Below are positions 10,575 to 19,846 of a stretch of 64,000 bases of DNA, piece by piece. Within the stretch, counting starts at the first letter, position 1. Each line of letters starts with the position of its first letter. The DNA comes from an uncultured delta proteobacterium. Lineage in GTDB: Bacteria > Desulfobacterota > Binatia > UBA9968. The stretch is taken from the NCBI GenBank assembly GCA_963745835.1, contig CAVUZH010000015.1:160001-224000 (forward strand). Direction: 5' to 3'. The translations under genes were made by a program, and so were the position numbers. The notes under the pieces were generated by a model, which worked only from the letters and a program-made list of their open reading frames with translations, made no database searches and was not told the origin of the DNA.

Positions 10575-12113
10575 TCAAGTCTGGAGGACGTTCGCCCGGC
10601 AATCCAAGATTTCCCGAGCGACCTCACGGTCATCAAAGTGAATCTTCTCCTTACCCAAAATCTGATAATCCTCATGCCCTTTCCCGGAAATCACCACCAC
10701 ATCTCCCGGTTGGGCCCAACTCAATGCGAGGCCAATCGCTTTGCGCCGGTCCGCCTCGACTTCATATCCGTGAACACCGTGGACGCTTGCCGCTGGAGCT
10801 TCGAGTTTGGAAATTCCGGTTTTCTGCATACCCACCTCGATCTCCTGGAGAATACGCACGGGATCCTCTGAACGGGGATTGTCGGAAGTCAAAACGACTA
10901 CATCGCTGAGACGCGCCGCAATTTCGCCCATCAACGGCCGTTTGCCGCGGTCGCGGTCGCCGCCGCAACCAAAAACCGTCACAACTTTGGCATCGGTCAG
11001 CGGCCGGACTGCGCCGAGAGTTTTCTCCAATGCATCCGGCGTGTGAGCATAGTCCACCAGAACAAGAACCCCGCATGAGTTCTCGACCCGTTGCAGGCGC
11101 CCGGGAACGCATCTGAGTTTTCTGATGCCGTCGACAATCGCCGTCACTGGGATTCTCAACGCAAAGCCGACACCGACGGCGGCAAGAATGTTATCGAAGT
11201 TTGCCGAGCCGATCAGCTCCGATGAGAATTCGATCACTCGATCTTTGACCTTGATTTTTCCACGCTGCCCGCTGGCATCGTGATGCACTTGCAGCGGCTT
11301 GATGTCCCACTCTTCCCCAGAGCCATAACTCCAGGTCGTTACACCGGCGCATTGTGCTTTACTCAGAAGCTCGCGTCCTCTGGCATCATCGCCGTTGACG
11401 ACGGCTGCTTTGGCTGATTTAGCGCTCGCTGGTAGGTAGTCGGTAAACAACCTGCTCTTGGCGAGAAAATAATCATCCATGTTCTTATGATAGTCCAGAT
11501 GATCGCGTGAAAGGTTGGTGAAGACACCGACATCGAAGTCGACCCCACGAACTCGCTCCTGAACCAGCGCATGGGACGAGACTTCCATGACCATCGACCG
11601 CGCACCGCCTTGCGCCATTTCGGCCATCAGCGCATGAATGTCTAGAGATTCTGGTGTCGTATGATGCGCAGGCATTTCTTTGCCGCCATACCGATAGTTG
11701 ATGGTCCCGATCACTCCCGGCTCCAGGCCGGCTGAAGCAAATATGGATTCGATCAGGTAGGTGGTCGTGGTCTTCCCGTTAGTCCCGGTAACCCCGACAA
11801 TTTTTAGGCGGCGCCCAGGGTGCGCATAAAAATGGGCGGCCCATAGAGCCATCGTCGCCCTCACGTCGTGAACGCGGACAAACGTCACTCCCGGGCGCAC
11901 ATTGGCTGTATCGGGAACAACGGCTGCGATGGCGCCGCGTTCGATGGCTTGATTTACAAATTGATGGCCATTCGCCTGCTCGCCCGGCACGGCGAAAAAC
12001 ACATCCCCCTTGGTCACTCGCCGTGAGTCATAAACCAGGCCAGCTACTTCTTGATCAAGATCTCCTTCGGCTTGCTCGAGCTTCTGCAGCGTCAGAAAAT
12101 CCTTGAGACGCAT
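10575..12113 (-). CDS. murE: UDP-MurNAc-dipeptide--meso-DAP ligase
   Basis: TGTNGKTT, DYAHTPD, CGGDRD and DNPR (DAP-type) motifs; GKGHE. Confidence 0.97.
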   Translation of the reverse strand: MRLKDFLTLQKLEQAEGDLDQEVAGLVYDSRRVTKGDVFFAVPGEQANGHQFVNQAIERGAIAAVVPDTANVRPGVTFVRVHDVRATMALWAAHFYAHPGRRLKIVGVTGTNGKTTTTYLIESIFASAGLEPGVIGTINYRYGGKEMPAHHTTPESLDIHALMAEMAQGGARSMVMEVSSHALVQERVRGVDFDVGVFTNLSRDHLDYHKNMDDYFLAKSRLFTDYLPASAKSAKAAVVNGDDARGRELLSKAQCAGVTTWSYGSGEEWDIKPLQVHHDASGQRGKIKVKDRVIEFSSELIGSANFDNILAAVGVGFALRIPVTAIVDGIRKLRCVPGRLQRVENSCGVLVLVDYAHTPDALEKTLGAVRPLTDAKVVTVFGCGGDRDRGKRPLMGEIAARLSDVVVLTSDNPRSEDPVRILQEIEVGMQKTGISKLEAPAASVHGVHGYEVEADRRKAIGLALSWAQPGDVVVISGKGHEDYQILGKEKIHFDDREVAREILDCRANVLQT

Positions 12114-12119
12114 CTCGAA

Positions 12120-14069
12120 TCATCCTTGCAGATTCAACACCAGCATGCCGGTTTCATCCCAGCGCCCTCCGGGGCCTGGTGACTGCTTGACCACGTAGCC
12201 ATTGCCATGGATTCTTACTTTGAGATTTAGATCACGCGCTTTCTCCACGGCTTCACGCAAGCTAAGACCAACAAAATCCGGGGTTGCTCCAGTATCGAAA
12301 GCAGCCTGGCTACTCCTCTTCGGCGCGCGCCGTAGCGGAATGTCCGCTTCCGTCGCCGGGCCGGCGATCGGCTCAGCTGTCTGGGCGGCAACACCAAAAT
12401 GGCGTAAGGCGCCGCGCGCGATATTCTGGAAGACCGGCGCGGCTACAACACCACCATAGACGTTACTTTGCGGTTCATCGACGAGCACCATCAATACCAA
12501 ACGAGGCTCGTCCGCGGGAACGAAACCGACGAACGATGCAACACGCTTTTTGGCGTCATACCCGCCATTTACCAGATCGACTTTTTGCGCTGTGCCCGTC
12601 TTACCGGCAACATCGAACCCTTCCACTTTTGCCATTTTCCCGGTGCCGCCCTCGGTGGTAACATCTTGAAGCATGGAGGCGAGCAAGCGGGCGGTTCTCT
12701 CTGAAACTACTCGGCGAACCACATGAGGCTGATTTTCTACCAGGACTTCGCCTTTTGGACTCAGAGCGCGCCGGACCACATAGGGGCGCATTAGAAAGCC
12801 GCCATTAGCAATCGCCGCATAAGCCATCACCATTTGCAGCGGCGTCGCCGACAACCCCTGACCGAAAGCATGAGTTGCCAAGTCTATCCCAGACCACGTT
12901 TCCGGGCGACGCAGTAATCCTGGAGCTTCCCCCGGCATATCGATGCCGGTCACTTCACCAAAACCAAATTTCTCGATGTATTTGAAGAACCGATCTTTTT
13001 TCAATTTGTCGGCAACTTTGGAAAAGCCGATGTTGCTCGATACCTGAAGGATCTTGGAGAATGGCAGCCAACCATGCGGATGGGTATCATGAATGGTTCT
13101 GCCGGCGTAACTGAATTTGCCGTATTCACAGAAAAACAAATCCTCTTTCTCGACGATTCCCTCTTCGAGAGCGGCTGCTGCGACGATTGTTTTGAACGTG
13201 GAACCCGGTTCAAAGCTATCCGTCACCGCGCGATTGCGCCGCTGCTCAGGGGAGGCCGCCGAATAATTGTTAGGATTGAAAGTGGGATAGTTGGCCAGTG
13301 CCAAAATTTCACCGGTGCGGGGCTCGACCGCAATCGCAACGCCCGCCTTTGCGCGGTATTTGTCGATGGAAGCTTCAAGTTCCTTTTCGGCCAGATGCTG
13401 AATGGACGTGTCGAGGGTTAGATGAATATCGCCGCCGGCGGGGATTTGAAGTCCTTCGACGCCTTCCACGAGCACACGGCGGCCCAAAGCATCGCGCTCG
13501 GACACAGAGGAGCCCGTTTCTCCACGAATGTACTCATTGTAGCGCAGCTCCAAACCTTCAAGTCCTTCGGAATCACGGCCGACGAAACCGATCACCTGCC
13601 CGGCGAGCTGACCCTGCGGATAGTAGCGATGCGGTTCGTGAAACATGCCTACGCCTTCGATTTTGAGATTCTGAATCTGACCCGCCTCATCGGGGGAAAT
13701 CTGTCGCTTGATCCAGACAAAAGGCTTGGCAGAGGTGAGCCTCTCATTTACCTCCGCCGAACTGATTTTTAGAACTCGCGCTAAATCACGGGCGCTCTTG
13801 GCAGCCTCTTGAATGCGCCGGGGGCGCGCGTAAACCGACTGCGCCTCAAGACTCAATGCCAGCGCTTCGCCGCCCCTGTCGAACACCCCGCCTCGCTTCG
13901 GCAGCACGGTCCACTCTTTCAGATGTTGCCGCTGCCCCAAACGCATGAGCCGATCGCCCTGTAGTGCTTGCAAATAAAATGCGCGCCCGCCGACCACCAG
14001 GAAGATTGCCAGAAAGAGAATCTTGGCAACGCTCAAACGCACATGGCTGGTCTGCAGAGCTCGTTTCAT
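12120..14069 (-). CDS. ftsI: Divisome transpeptidase PBP3 with C-terminal PASTA domain
   Basis: EPGSTFK (SxxK), SSN and KTGT motifs; C-terminal PDFVGLS..QSP PASTA-like segment. Confidence 0.96.
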   Translation of the reverse strand: MKRALQTSHVRLSVAKILFLAIFLVVGGRAFYLQALQGDRLMRLGQRQHLKEWTVLPKRGGVFDRGGEALALSLEAQSVYARPRRIQEAAKSARDLARVLKISSAEVNERLTSAKPFVWIKRQISPDEAGQIQNLKIEGVGMFHEPHRYYPQGQLAGQVIGFVGRDSEGLEGLELRYNEYIRGETGSSVSERDALGRRVLVEGVEGLQIPAGGDIHLTLDTSIQHLAEKELEASIDKYRAKAGVAIAVEPRTGEILALANYPTFNPNNYSAASPEQRRNRAVTDSFEPGSTFKTIVAAAALEEGIVEKEDLFFCEYGKFSYAGRTIHDTHPHGWLPFSKILQVSSNIGFSKVADKLKKDRFFKYIEKFGFGEVTGIDMPGEAPGLLRRPETWSGIDLATHAFGQGLSATPLQMVMAYAAIANGGFLMRPYVVRRALSPKGEVLVENQPHVVRRVVSERTARLLASMLQDVTTEGGTGKMAKVEGFDVAGKTGTAQKVDLVNGGYDAKKRVASFVGFVPADEPRLVLMVLVDEPQSNVYGGVVAAPVFQNIARGALRHFGVAAQTAEPIAGPATEADIPLRRAPKRSSQAAFDTGATPDFVGLSLREAVEKARDLNLKVRIHGNGYVVKQSPGPGGRWDETGMLVLNLQG

Positions 14070-14428
14070 GGCAATACGAGAACCTGACCCTTCTCGGGCG
14101 GCATCAAGCCCAGTCTTCGGCGCGCCATCGCTTCCAAACGGTCTGGGGAGGTCAAACTGGCAAGTTCAACCTTCAACTCCCGGTTCTCTTGTTCAAGCCG
14201 GCCCTGGAGTTTTGTGGTGGTTGAAAGCACATAACCCATATGGACTACCTGTAAACGCAACCAGACATGAACCAACCCTAAAATGAACAAACAAAAGCCT
14301 AGAGCGCAGATAGCAACAAGGTGCGGGTGGCCTTTGCGCTTTGGTGCCCGGTTAGGCTGTTTCGCTTTCACCGGCCTAACCGCGCGGCGTGAGTTTAGGT
14401 CAACGGCAGCGGCTGTTTTTGTTCTCAT
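14066..14428 (-). CDS. ftsL: Cell division protein FtsL
   Basis: Single TM plus coiled coil ending RLEAMARRRLGL; lies between rsmH and ftsI. Confidence 0.9.
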   Translation of the reverse strand: MRTKTAAAVDLNSRRAVRPVKAKQPNRAPKRKGHPHLVAICALGFCLFILGLVHVWLRLQVVHMGYVLSTTTKLQGRLEQENRELKVELASLTSPDRLEAMARRRLGLMPPEKGQVLVLP

Positions 14429-15354
14429 AGTCGCACTACCGCGCGCAGCTTCGCCGCACGCGCCCTAGGGTTAGCCCTGACTTCTTCAGCCGATGCGATG
14501 ATCGGTTTGCGGGTTAATCTTTGCGCCTTCTGACTCCAGCCGCATTCGCACTTGAGAGTTCTGGGCGGGCAAATACATTTCTCGCTCCATTTACGAAAGG
14601 CTGTTTTAACCAGTCGATCTTCCAAAGAATGAAACGAAATAATCACCATACGCCCGCCAGGCTGGAGCAATTCATAGCCGTATTCCAAAAACCGCTTGAG
14701 AGTTTCCAGTTCGCGGTTGACCGCAATTCTTAGCGCCTGAAATGTCTGCGTTGCCGGATGATGAGCACGGCTCCGCTTTCCTTTGATTCGAACGATGAGC
14801 TCCGCCAGATCGATCGTGGTCTCGATGGCGCGACCTTTCCGCTCTGTCGCGATCGCGGCGGCGATGCGACGCGCTCTGGGCTCTTCGCCATAATCGCTGA
14901 TAATTTTGGCTATCTCCGCCTCGGGAAAAGAGTTGACGATTTCGAGCGCTGTCAACCGCTGGCGACGATCCATGCGCATGTCCAATGGAGCGCTCGCTTG
15001 AAAGCTAAAGCCTCTTTCCGCGGCATCGAACTGATGCGATGAAACACCTAAATCCAAGAGCACACCATCCACTCGATCCCAGTTTATAGCCGCCAGAATA
15101 TCCTTCGCCTGATCAAAATTTGCCCGGCGAAGTGTCAGCCGCTCTCCGAAGCGACTCAGTCGCTGCCCTGCTGCCGTCACCGCATCCTCATCCCAATCCA
15201 GCCCTAAGACTCGGCCATCGGGACTGCTACGGAGAAGAATCTCCTCTGCGTGCCCACCTCCTCCCAAGGTTCCATCAAGATGACGCTCTCCTGGTCTGGG
15301 CTTGAGCAGCCCCATCGATTCGTGAATCAGAACCGAAGTGTGGGCAAAGTTCAT
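14425..15354 (-). CDS. rsmH: 16S rRNA m4C1402 methyltransferase
   Basis: DGTLGGGGH, DLGVSS, LDMRMD, FQALRIAVN and SFHSLEDR motifs. Confidence 0.98.
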   Translation of the reverse strand: MNFAHTSVLIHESMGLLKPRPGERHLDGTLGGGGHAEEILLRSSPDGRVLGLDWDEDAVTAAGQRLSRFGERLTLRRANFDQAKDILAAINWDRVDGVLLDLGVSSHQFDAAERGFSFQASAPLDMRMDRRQRLTALEIVNSFPEAEIAKIISDYGEEPRARRIAAAIATERKGRAIETTIDLAELIVRIKGKRSRAHHPATQTFQALRIAVNRELETLKRFLEYGYELLQPGGRMVIISFHSLEDRLVKTAFRKWSEKCICPPRTLKCECGWSQKAQRLTRKPIIASAEEVRANPRARAAKLRAVVRL

Positions 15355-15716
15355 TAATGACTAGTGCCGTCCCCCTCCCAATCGTCATCGAAGCTTTCGA
15401 TCGCGTCTTCAAGAGAGGTATAATCTTCGAAGAAGCGGTCCATGCCGACAACCTTGAAGATATCGCGGAGAAACGGACTCATGCCGGCGAGCTTAAGATC
15501 GCCATTAAGATTTCTGAGCAGTTTCAAACGCTCGAGCAACACGCCGATACTTAAATAATTGATGTGGTCGACTGCCCGGAGATTAAGAACCACCTTCAAG
15601 CGGTCTTTTTCGATCAATCCGCCGATAACGTTTTTGATGCGGATCATTTCACGAAAATCGATATCGCCGGAAACGTCAATCACGGAAATATCCTGAATGT
15701 TATTTTGCGGTAGCAT
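15354..15716 (-). CDS. STAS-domain (anti-sigma antagonist-like) protein
   Basis: SGDID..VVLNLRAVDHINYLSIGVL..GDLKLAGM..IFKVVGM fits the STAS pattern; strong AAGGAG RBS; stop overlaps the rsmH ATG. Confidence 0.88.
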   Translation of the reverse strand: MLPQNNIQDISVIDVSGDIDFREMIRIKNVIGGLIEKDRLKVVLNLRAVDHINYLSIGVLLERLKLLRNLNGDLKLAGMSPFLRDIFKVVGMDRFFEDYTSLEDAIESFDDDWEGDGTSH

Positions 15717-15766
15717 TTCTTATTCTCCTTTCATCCAACCACAGCGATGAATCCGCGCCACCATTC

Positions 15767-16219
15767 TCACAAGCCCAAATCGCCGAGAAAATCAGGATCT
15801 TGCATCAATTTGCCTTCCGCATCGGCGAAGAACTGCTTCCAAGTTTCTTGGTCCCACACACGGAACTTTTCGAGAGCCGAAACCAGAACAACGTCGCGCT
15901 TGAGGTCGGCATACTTCCTCAACGAAGGAGGGATGAGAATACGTCCCTGTTTGTCCAACAGGCACTCACACGCCCCGCCCAAGTAGAAGTTTTGAAACAA
16001 CACCATACGGCGTTCGAACTTTGGTCTCTGACTGATCTGCTGTTCGAGCCGTAGCCATTCGTCGATGGGATAAACGTCGAGACAACGCAAACCATCGACG
16101 ACGAAGTTCGTCATAATGATCCGCTCATCGCCCTTGCCGAGCAAAATGTCGCGAAATTTTGACGGAATACTTAACCGCCCCTTGCCATCAAGAGTGTGCT
16201 CAAAGCTGCCACGAAACAT
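15767..16219 (-). CDS. mraZ: Transcriptional regulator MraZ
   Basis: MFRG..HTLDGKGRLSIP and DKQGRILIP duplicated AbrB motifs. Confidence 0.97.
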   Translation of the reverse strand: MFRGSFEHTLDGKGRLSIPSKFRDILLGKGDERIIMTNFVVDGLRCLDVYPIDEWLRLEQQISQRPKFERRMVLFQNFYLGGACECLLDKQGRILIPPSLRKYADLKRDVVLVSALEKFRVWDQETWKQFFADAEGKLMQDPDFLGDLGL

Positions 16220-16257
16220 ATAAGAAACCGGCTACAGAACTGACTTATGGGAGATTA

Positions 16258-16312
16258 TCCCACTTTCTCCCACCACAGCGCCACTTATAACTTCACGAGT
16301 ACGCACTGTCAA
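16258..16312 (-). promoter_or_regulatory. Sigma70-type dcw promoter with downstream MraZ-box-like repeats
   Basis: TTGACA (16307-16312), 17 bp spacer, TATAAG (16284-16289), then GTGG/GTGGGA repeats at 10-11 bp spacing (16258-16284). Confidence 0.8.
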
Positions 16313-16539
16313 TAAATTTGTTAGATTTTTCCCTGCTTTTTAAAGTTTTATCCGTTCTCAGCGGAATCGACCGGAGGGTTACGACACGCTCGAAGCGATA
16401 CTATCGCGCGACTAAGGCTTTGAAGGAATTTGGCAGACCTTGAAGTGGGATGACGGCCCAAATTAGACGGGGTTAACCGGCAGGAAACAGGTCCTGAGGA
16501 CAATCGGCTCCGGGCAGTCGAGGAGAAAAATCCAAGCGA

Positions 16540-16910
16540 GGCTAAAGTGGATCGTAAGCCGGATTCTGTAATGACTCTCAAAAAGAGCCACAGCGATCAT
16601 TCATCTTGCCCCAGGATTGCTCCTGGGATCGAGCGACCTTACCCGAGGGCTATGGGCGGACCACCCTGCCCTCCTATTTGGTCTTGCTCCAGGTGGGGTT
16701 TGCCATGCGTTCATCATCACTGATGAACCGGTGAGCTCTTACCTCGCCTTTTCAACCTTACCTGCCATGAGGACAGGCGGTATTTTTTCTGTGGTACTTT
16801 CCCCCGATCACTCGGAGCCGCCGTTAACGGCCACCTCGTCCTGTGGAGTCCGGACTTTCCTCTCCTTAGATTCAGAATCGTGAGGAGCGATCGCTTAATC
16901 CACTTTAGCC
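16540..16910 (-). ncRNA. rnpB: RNase P RNA (bacterial type A)
   Basis: GAGGAAAGTCC near the 5' end, ACAGAATCCGGCTTA near the 3' end; 13-bp terminal P1 helix GGCTAAAGTGGAT/ATCCACTTTAGCC. Confidence 0.97.
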
Positions 16911-16929
16911 CGTCTGAAATTCTGTGATC

Positions 16930-17290
16930 GACGTCTTCTTAGCCAGCAGATCGACTATTTTGTTCCCTTCACGTATACCTGAACGATGCGATAACGTCGA
17001 GCCGACGAAAACCATGGATAGCTTGGCGCAAGTACTGTCAGCTCCTCATGTTAACCCGCTAAACCAGGAAAGACACCATACTAGGATGCCCTTCAGAGTT
17101 TTTCTTAGTAATTACTGGGCACAAGGCTGAGCGCCATTCGGAACGGTTTATTTCCGGCGATGTGTTTTCCTAATTGCGAGGGAGAGCGGCTTGTCCTAAA
17201 TTGACTCACATCAGCACGGAAGATCGCAGCACCAAACCACCTTCGCCTAGCGGGTTTCCTGGGCGCGCCAGCGGTTAATGATCTATGGGT
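16930..17290 (-). pseudogene. Decayed ribonuclease HI family gene
   Basis: Across several frames: AGAPR/GNP.GEGG/FGAAIFRAD ... RV.HEELTVL ... RYRIVQV/REGNKIVDLLAKK, resembling RNase HI DGASRGNPG and HVPRExNxxADxLA motifs; lies between zinc-ribbon gene and rnpB. Confidence 0.65.
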
Positions 17291-17414
17291 TAACGATTGA
17301 TTACCGAATCCTGAAGCACTCATGCGTTTCAGCTGAAGCAGCCAGACGCATAATCATGTCATCTGTACCGTCCAGTGTGAATCGAGAGGGCGAGATTTCG
17401 GTAACTTGGGTTAT

Positions 17415-18143
17415 CTAGGCCGTTTTTTCTTGCCCTTCCGGAGCCTTGTAGTGCAGGATTCGCTGGCAGCTAGGACAGAGATTTAACTTTTCGCTGCGAA
17501 TGATCTCGTTCCAGAGCTGTGGCGGGATGTTCATATAACAACCTTGGCAAATACCGGCAGCAACTTCCACCACCGCACTGCCCCCGCGACGTGAAAAAAT
17601 CAACTCATAACGAGACATGAGACTAGCGTCGATTTCTTGGGCGATGCGCTGCCGGCGGATGGAGGCTTTGTCCACCGCCTGCTCAATCCCGGCGATTTGC
17701 GCTTGCAAACCGTCCTGTTTTTGTTGCCAATCCTGCTGCGCTGCAAGGAGCGTTTCTTGTTTAGCTTTGATCTCTCCCTTTAAGCCATCGATCTCTACCA
17801 TCGTGTTGAGCAGTTCTTCTTCGGCCTCACCATTTGCCTGCCGGATCTGATCGATCTCGCGCTGTAAGGCCTGCAGCTCTTTAACGTTCTTGATGCGATT
17901 CATCCGCATCCGCTTGTCGGTCGCCTTTTGGCTTTCGTCATGCAGTAGTTTATCTTTTTCCTGGCGAAGCTTTTCCTTTACCGCGCAGGCGGCCGTCAGC
18001 GCTTCAATTTCCTGTTTTCTCTCTTGGATGAGTCGCTGTTTTTCCTGGAGCTCGCCTAGCAGCCCTTGTTTAACGGCGGCATGTTCTCTTATTTCTCGAT
18101 CTATAATCTGTAATGCAGCCAAAACCTCAATTTGTGCGCGCAA
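17415..18143 (-). CDS. C4-type zinc-ribbon coiled-coil protein (DUF164-like)
   Basis: Long coiled coil then CQGC..CPSCQRIL; LQIID N-terminal motif. Confidence 0.92.
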   Translation of the reverse strand: MRAQIEVLAALQIIDREIREHAAVKQGLLGELQEKQRLIQERKQEIEALTAACAVKEKLRQEKDKLLHDESQKATDKRMRMNRIKNVKELQALQREIDQIRQANGEAEEELLNTMVEIDGLKGEIKAKQETLLAAQQDWQQKQDGLQAQIAGIEQAVDKASIRRQRIAQEIDASLMSRYELIFSRRGGSAVVEVAAGICQGCYMNIPPQLWNEIIRSEKLNLCPSCQRILHYKAPEGQEKTA

Positions 18144-18162
18144 CTTCTTCTCCCCCAGTCAG

Positions 18163-18189
18163 AAAAAAAAATGCACCCGGGTGGGTGCA
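18163..18189 (-). terminator. Intrinsic-terminator-like hairpin in the leader of the zinc-ribbon gene
   Basis: TGCACCC-accc-GGGTGCA followed by 9 T, just upstream of the GGGGGAG RBS. Confidence 0.6.
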
Positions 18190-18351
18190 GTAGTTTAAAA
18201 ATGCCTGTCTGTAATTTGTGCGTCTTGAAGGCGTGTGATTCTCAATCCTCGTACTCCACTATATTATGTATATCCATTTTTTAATGTTGTCAAAGCAAGT
18301 CTAGCGTTGCGTGTCGGGGTCGGCTCCATGCGCCGGGGTAGCTTTATGTCC

Positions 18352-19740
18352 TCACAATGGAAGGCCCATCTTTCCGGGATTCATGATGTTATTGGGATCG
18401 AGCATCTTCTTAATGCTGCTCATGACTTCTAACCCATAACCGTGCTCTTTTGACATGAACGGCGCAAGTTTGACTCCCACACCATGAGTGTACTCCATGG
18501 AACCGCTCATGTCTTGTGCTAGCCCGAGCAGCTCATCGACCGTTTGTTGCAGCGCCATCTGCGCCTGATTTTCACCGTGATCTTCAATGCCGAGGCGCAT
18601 TGAAAACAGCTCCGGCTGAATCCACAGGCCGCTCTCATGAAGGTCTATTCCGTGCTGCTCAATGATTACCATGGCCGCGCATCTGAACGCTAGCACCTTT
18701 GAAGCGGGAAGCGCTACATGAATCCAGTCCCGATAAGTGCCATCTCGCCCGAGCTTGCGCCGCTGCGAGCGATTAGCCAAAAAGCGCCGCGCTATAGCAT
18801 GGCGATTGTGCCAGAACGTTTCCGCCTCAACTGTTGGTAAATGTTTGCCGCCGTTTCGCAACAAGACATCCGTAGCTAATCGGTCTTCCGCTGCAACGAT
18901 CTCGACAGCTCCTTCGAAACCCAGATAAAGCACTGCTCCTTGCTCATTTTTTTCATCATCATCGCCAAAGTCCAGCAGCGCCGGCTGCAAGCCTGCGGCA
19001 AAGAGCTTTTGAATAGCGTCAAAACCCGATTCGAACGATTCGAAAAACAACGCCCGAAGGACACGCTTCTCCGGCTTCGGAAAGATCCTCAACGTCGCCT
19101 CTGTGACGATACCGAAGCAACCCTCTCCGCCGACCAACAGAAGACGCAGATCAGGTCCGGTCGAAGATCTGGGCACGGCCCGCTTACGCAAAATTTCTCC
19201 ATTGGCCATGACCGCTTCCAAGCCTAGAACCTGCTCGCCCATCGAACCATAAACGCCTGCTCTGTAACCGACGCTATTGGTCGAGATTGCGCCGCCTACA
19301 GTGGCAACCGGCAAGGTCCACGGATCATGGCCGAGAATGAAATTCTGCTCGTTCAATCGTTGCTCCAATGCCTCCAGCACGATTCCGGCCTGGACTCGTG
19401 CAGAACGCGCTTCGATGTCGATTTCAAGAGTTTGGTTCATTCTTCGTAAATCGAGAACGATTCCAGGCTTAACTGATAGCGCAGCCCCCATGAGCCCTGA
19501 GCCGCCACCGTATGGGATAATGGGTATCTTCAGCTCATTGGCCAACAGAACTATTCGCCTAACTTCATCCACTGAACCCGGAAAAACTGCGCAGGCAGGC
19601 GAGTTGATATCGATCGATCTAAGCGGATGGACACGCCCTTCGCTCAAAGCATCCCACGATAAGATATTTAAACGTGTCGGATCGGTTGTAATCGATTGAG
19701 CAGAGGTGATCGAGGCGAGCCTTTCTACTAGAGTCTTCAT
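18352..19740 (-). CDS. FAD-linked oxidase (GlcD/alkyl-DHAP synthase-like)
   Basis: PYGGGSG, ATVGGAISTN, GGEGCFGIVTEA, HGVG and LDPNNIMNPGK motifs. Confidence 0.9.
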   Translation of the reverse strand: MKTLVERLASITSAQSITTDPTRLNILSWDALSEGRVHPLRSIDINSPACAVFPGSVDEVRRIVLLANELKIPIIPYGGGSGLMGAALSVKPGIVLDLRRMNQTLEIDIEARSARVQAGIVLEALEQRLNEQNFILGHDPWTLPVATVGGAISTNSVGYRAGVYGSMGEQVLGLEAVMANGEILRKRAVPRSSTGPDLRLLLVGGEGCFGIVTEATLRIFPKPEKRVLRALFFESFESGFDAIQKLFAAGLQPALLDFGDDDEKNEQGAVLYLGFEGAVEIVAAEDRLATDVLLRNGGKHLPTVEAETFWHNRHAIARRFLANRSQRRKLGRDGTYRDWIHVALPASKVLAFRCAAMVIIEQHGIDLHESGLWIQPELFSMRLGIEDHGENQAQMALQQTVDELLGLAQDMSGSMEYTHGVGVKLAPFMSKEHGYGLEVMSSIKKMLDPNNIMNPGKMGLPL

Positions 19741-19846
19741 CGTCTTAGCTGGGGTGAATATAGCCGGATCGATGATCCTGGGAAAGCTCCACAAACCGGT
19801 CGACGAAATTGCCGGACCTCAGCCTAAGGGGGGATTCTATATTAAC

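Noticed and set aside
17105-17323. 72-aa ORF as a genuine small protein, or complementary segments here as a structured RNA
   Set aside because: Better explained as one frame of the decayed RNase HI gene; the complementary blocks are short
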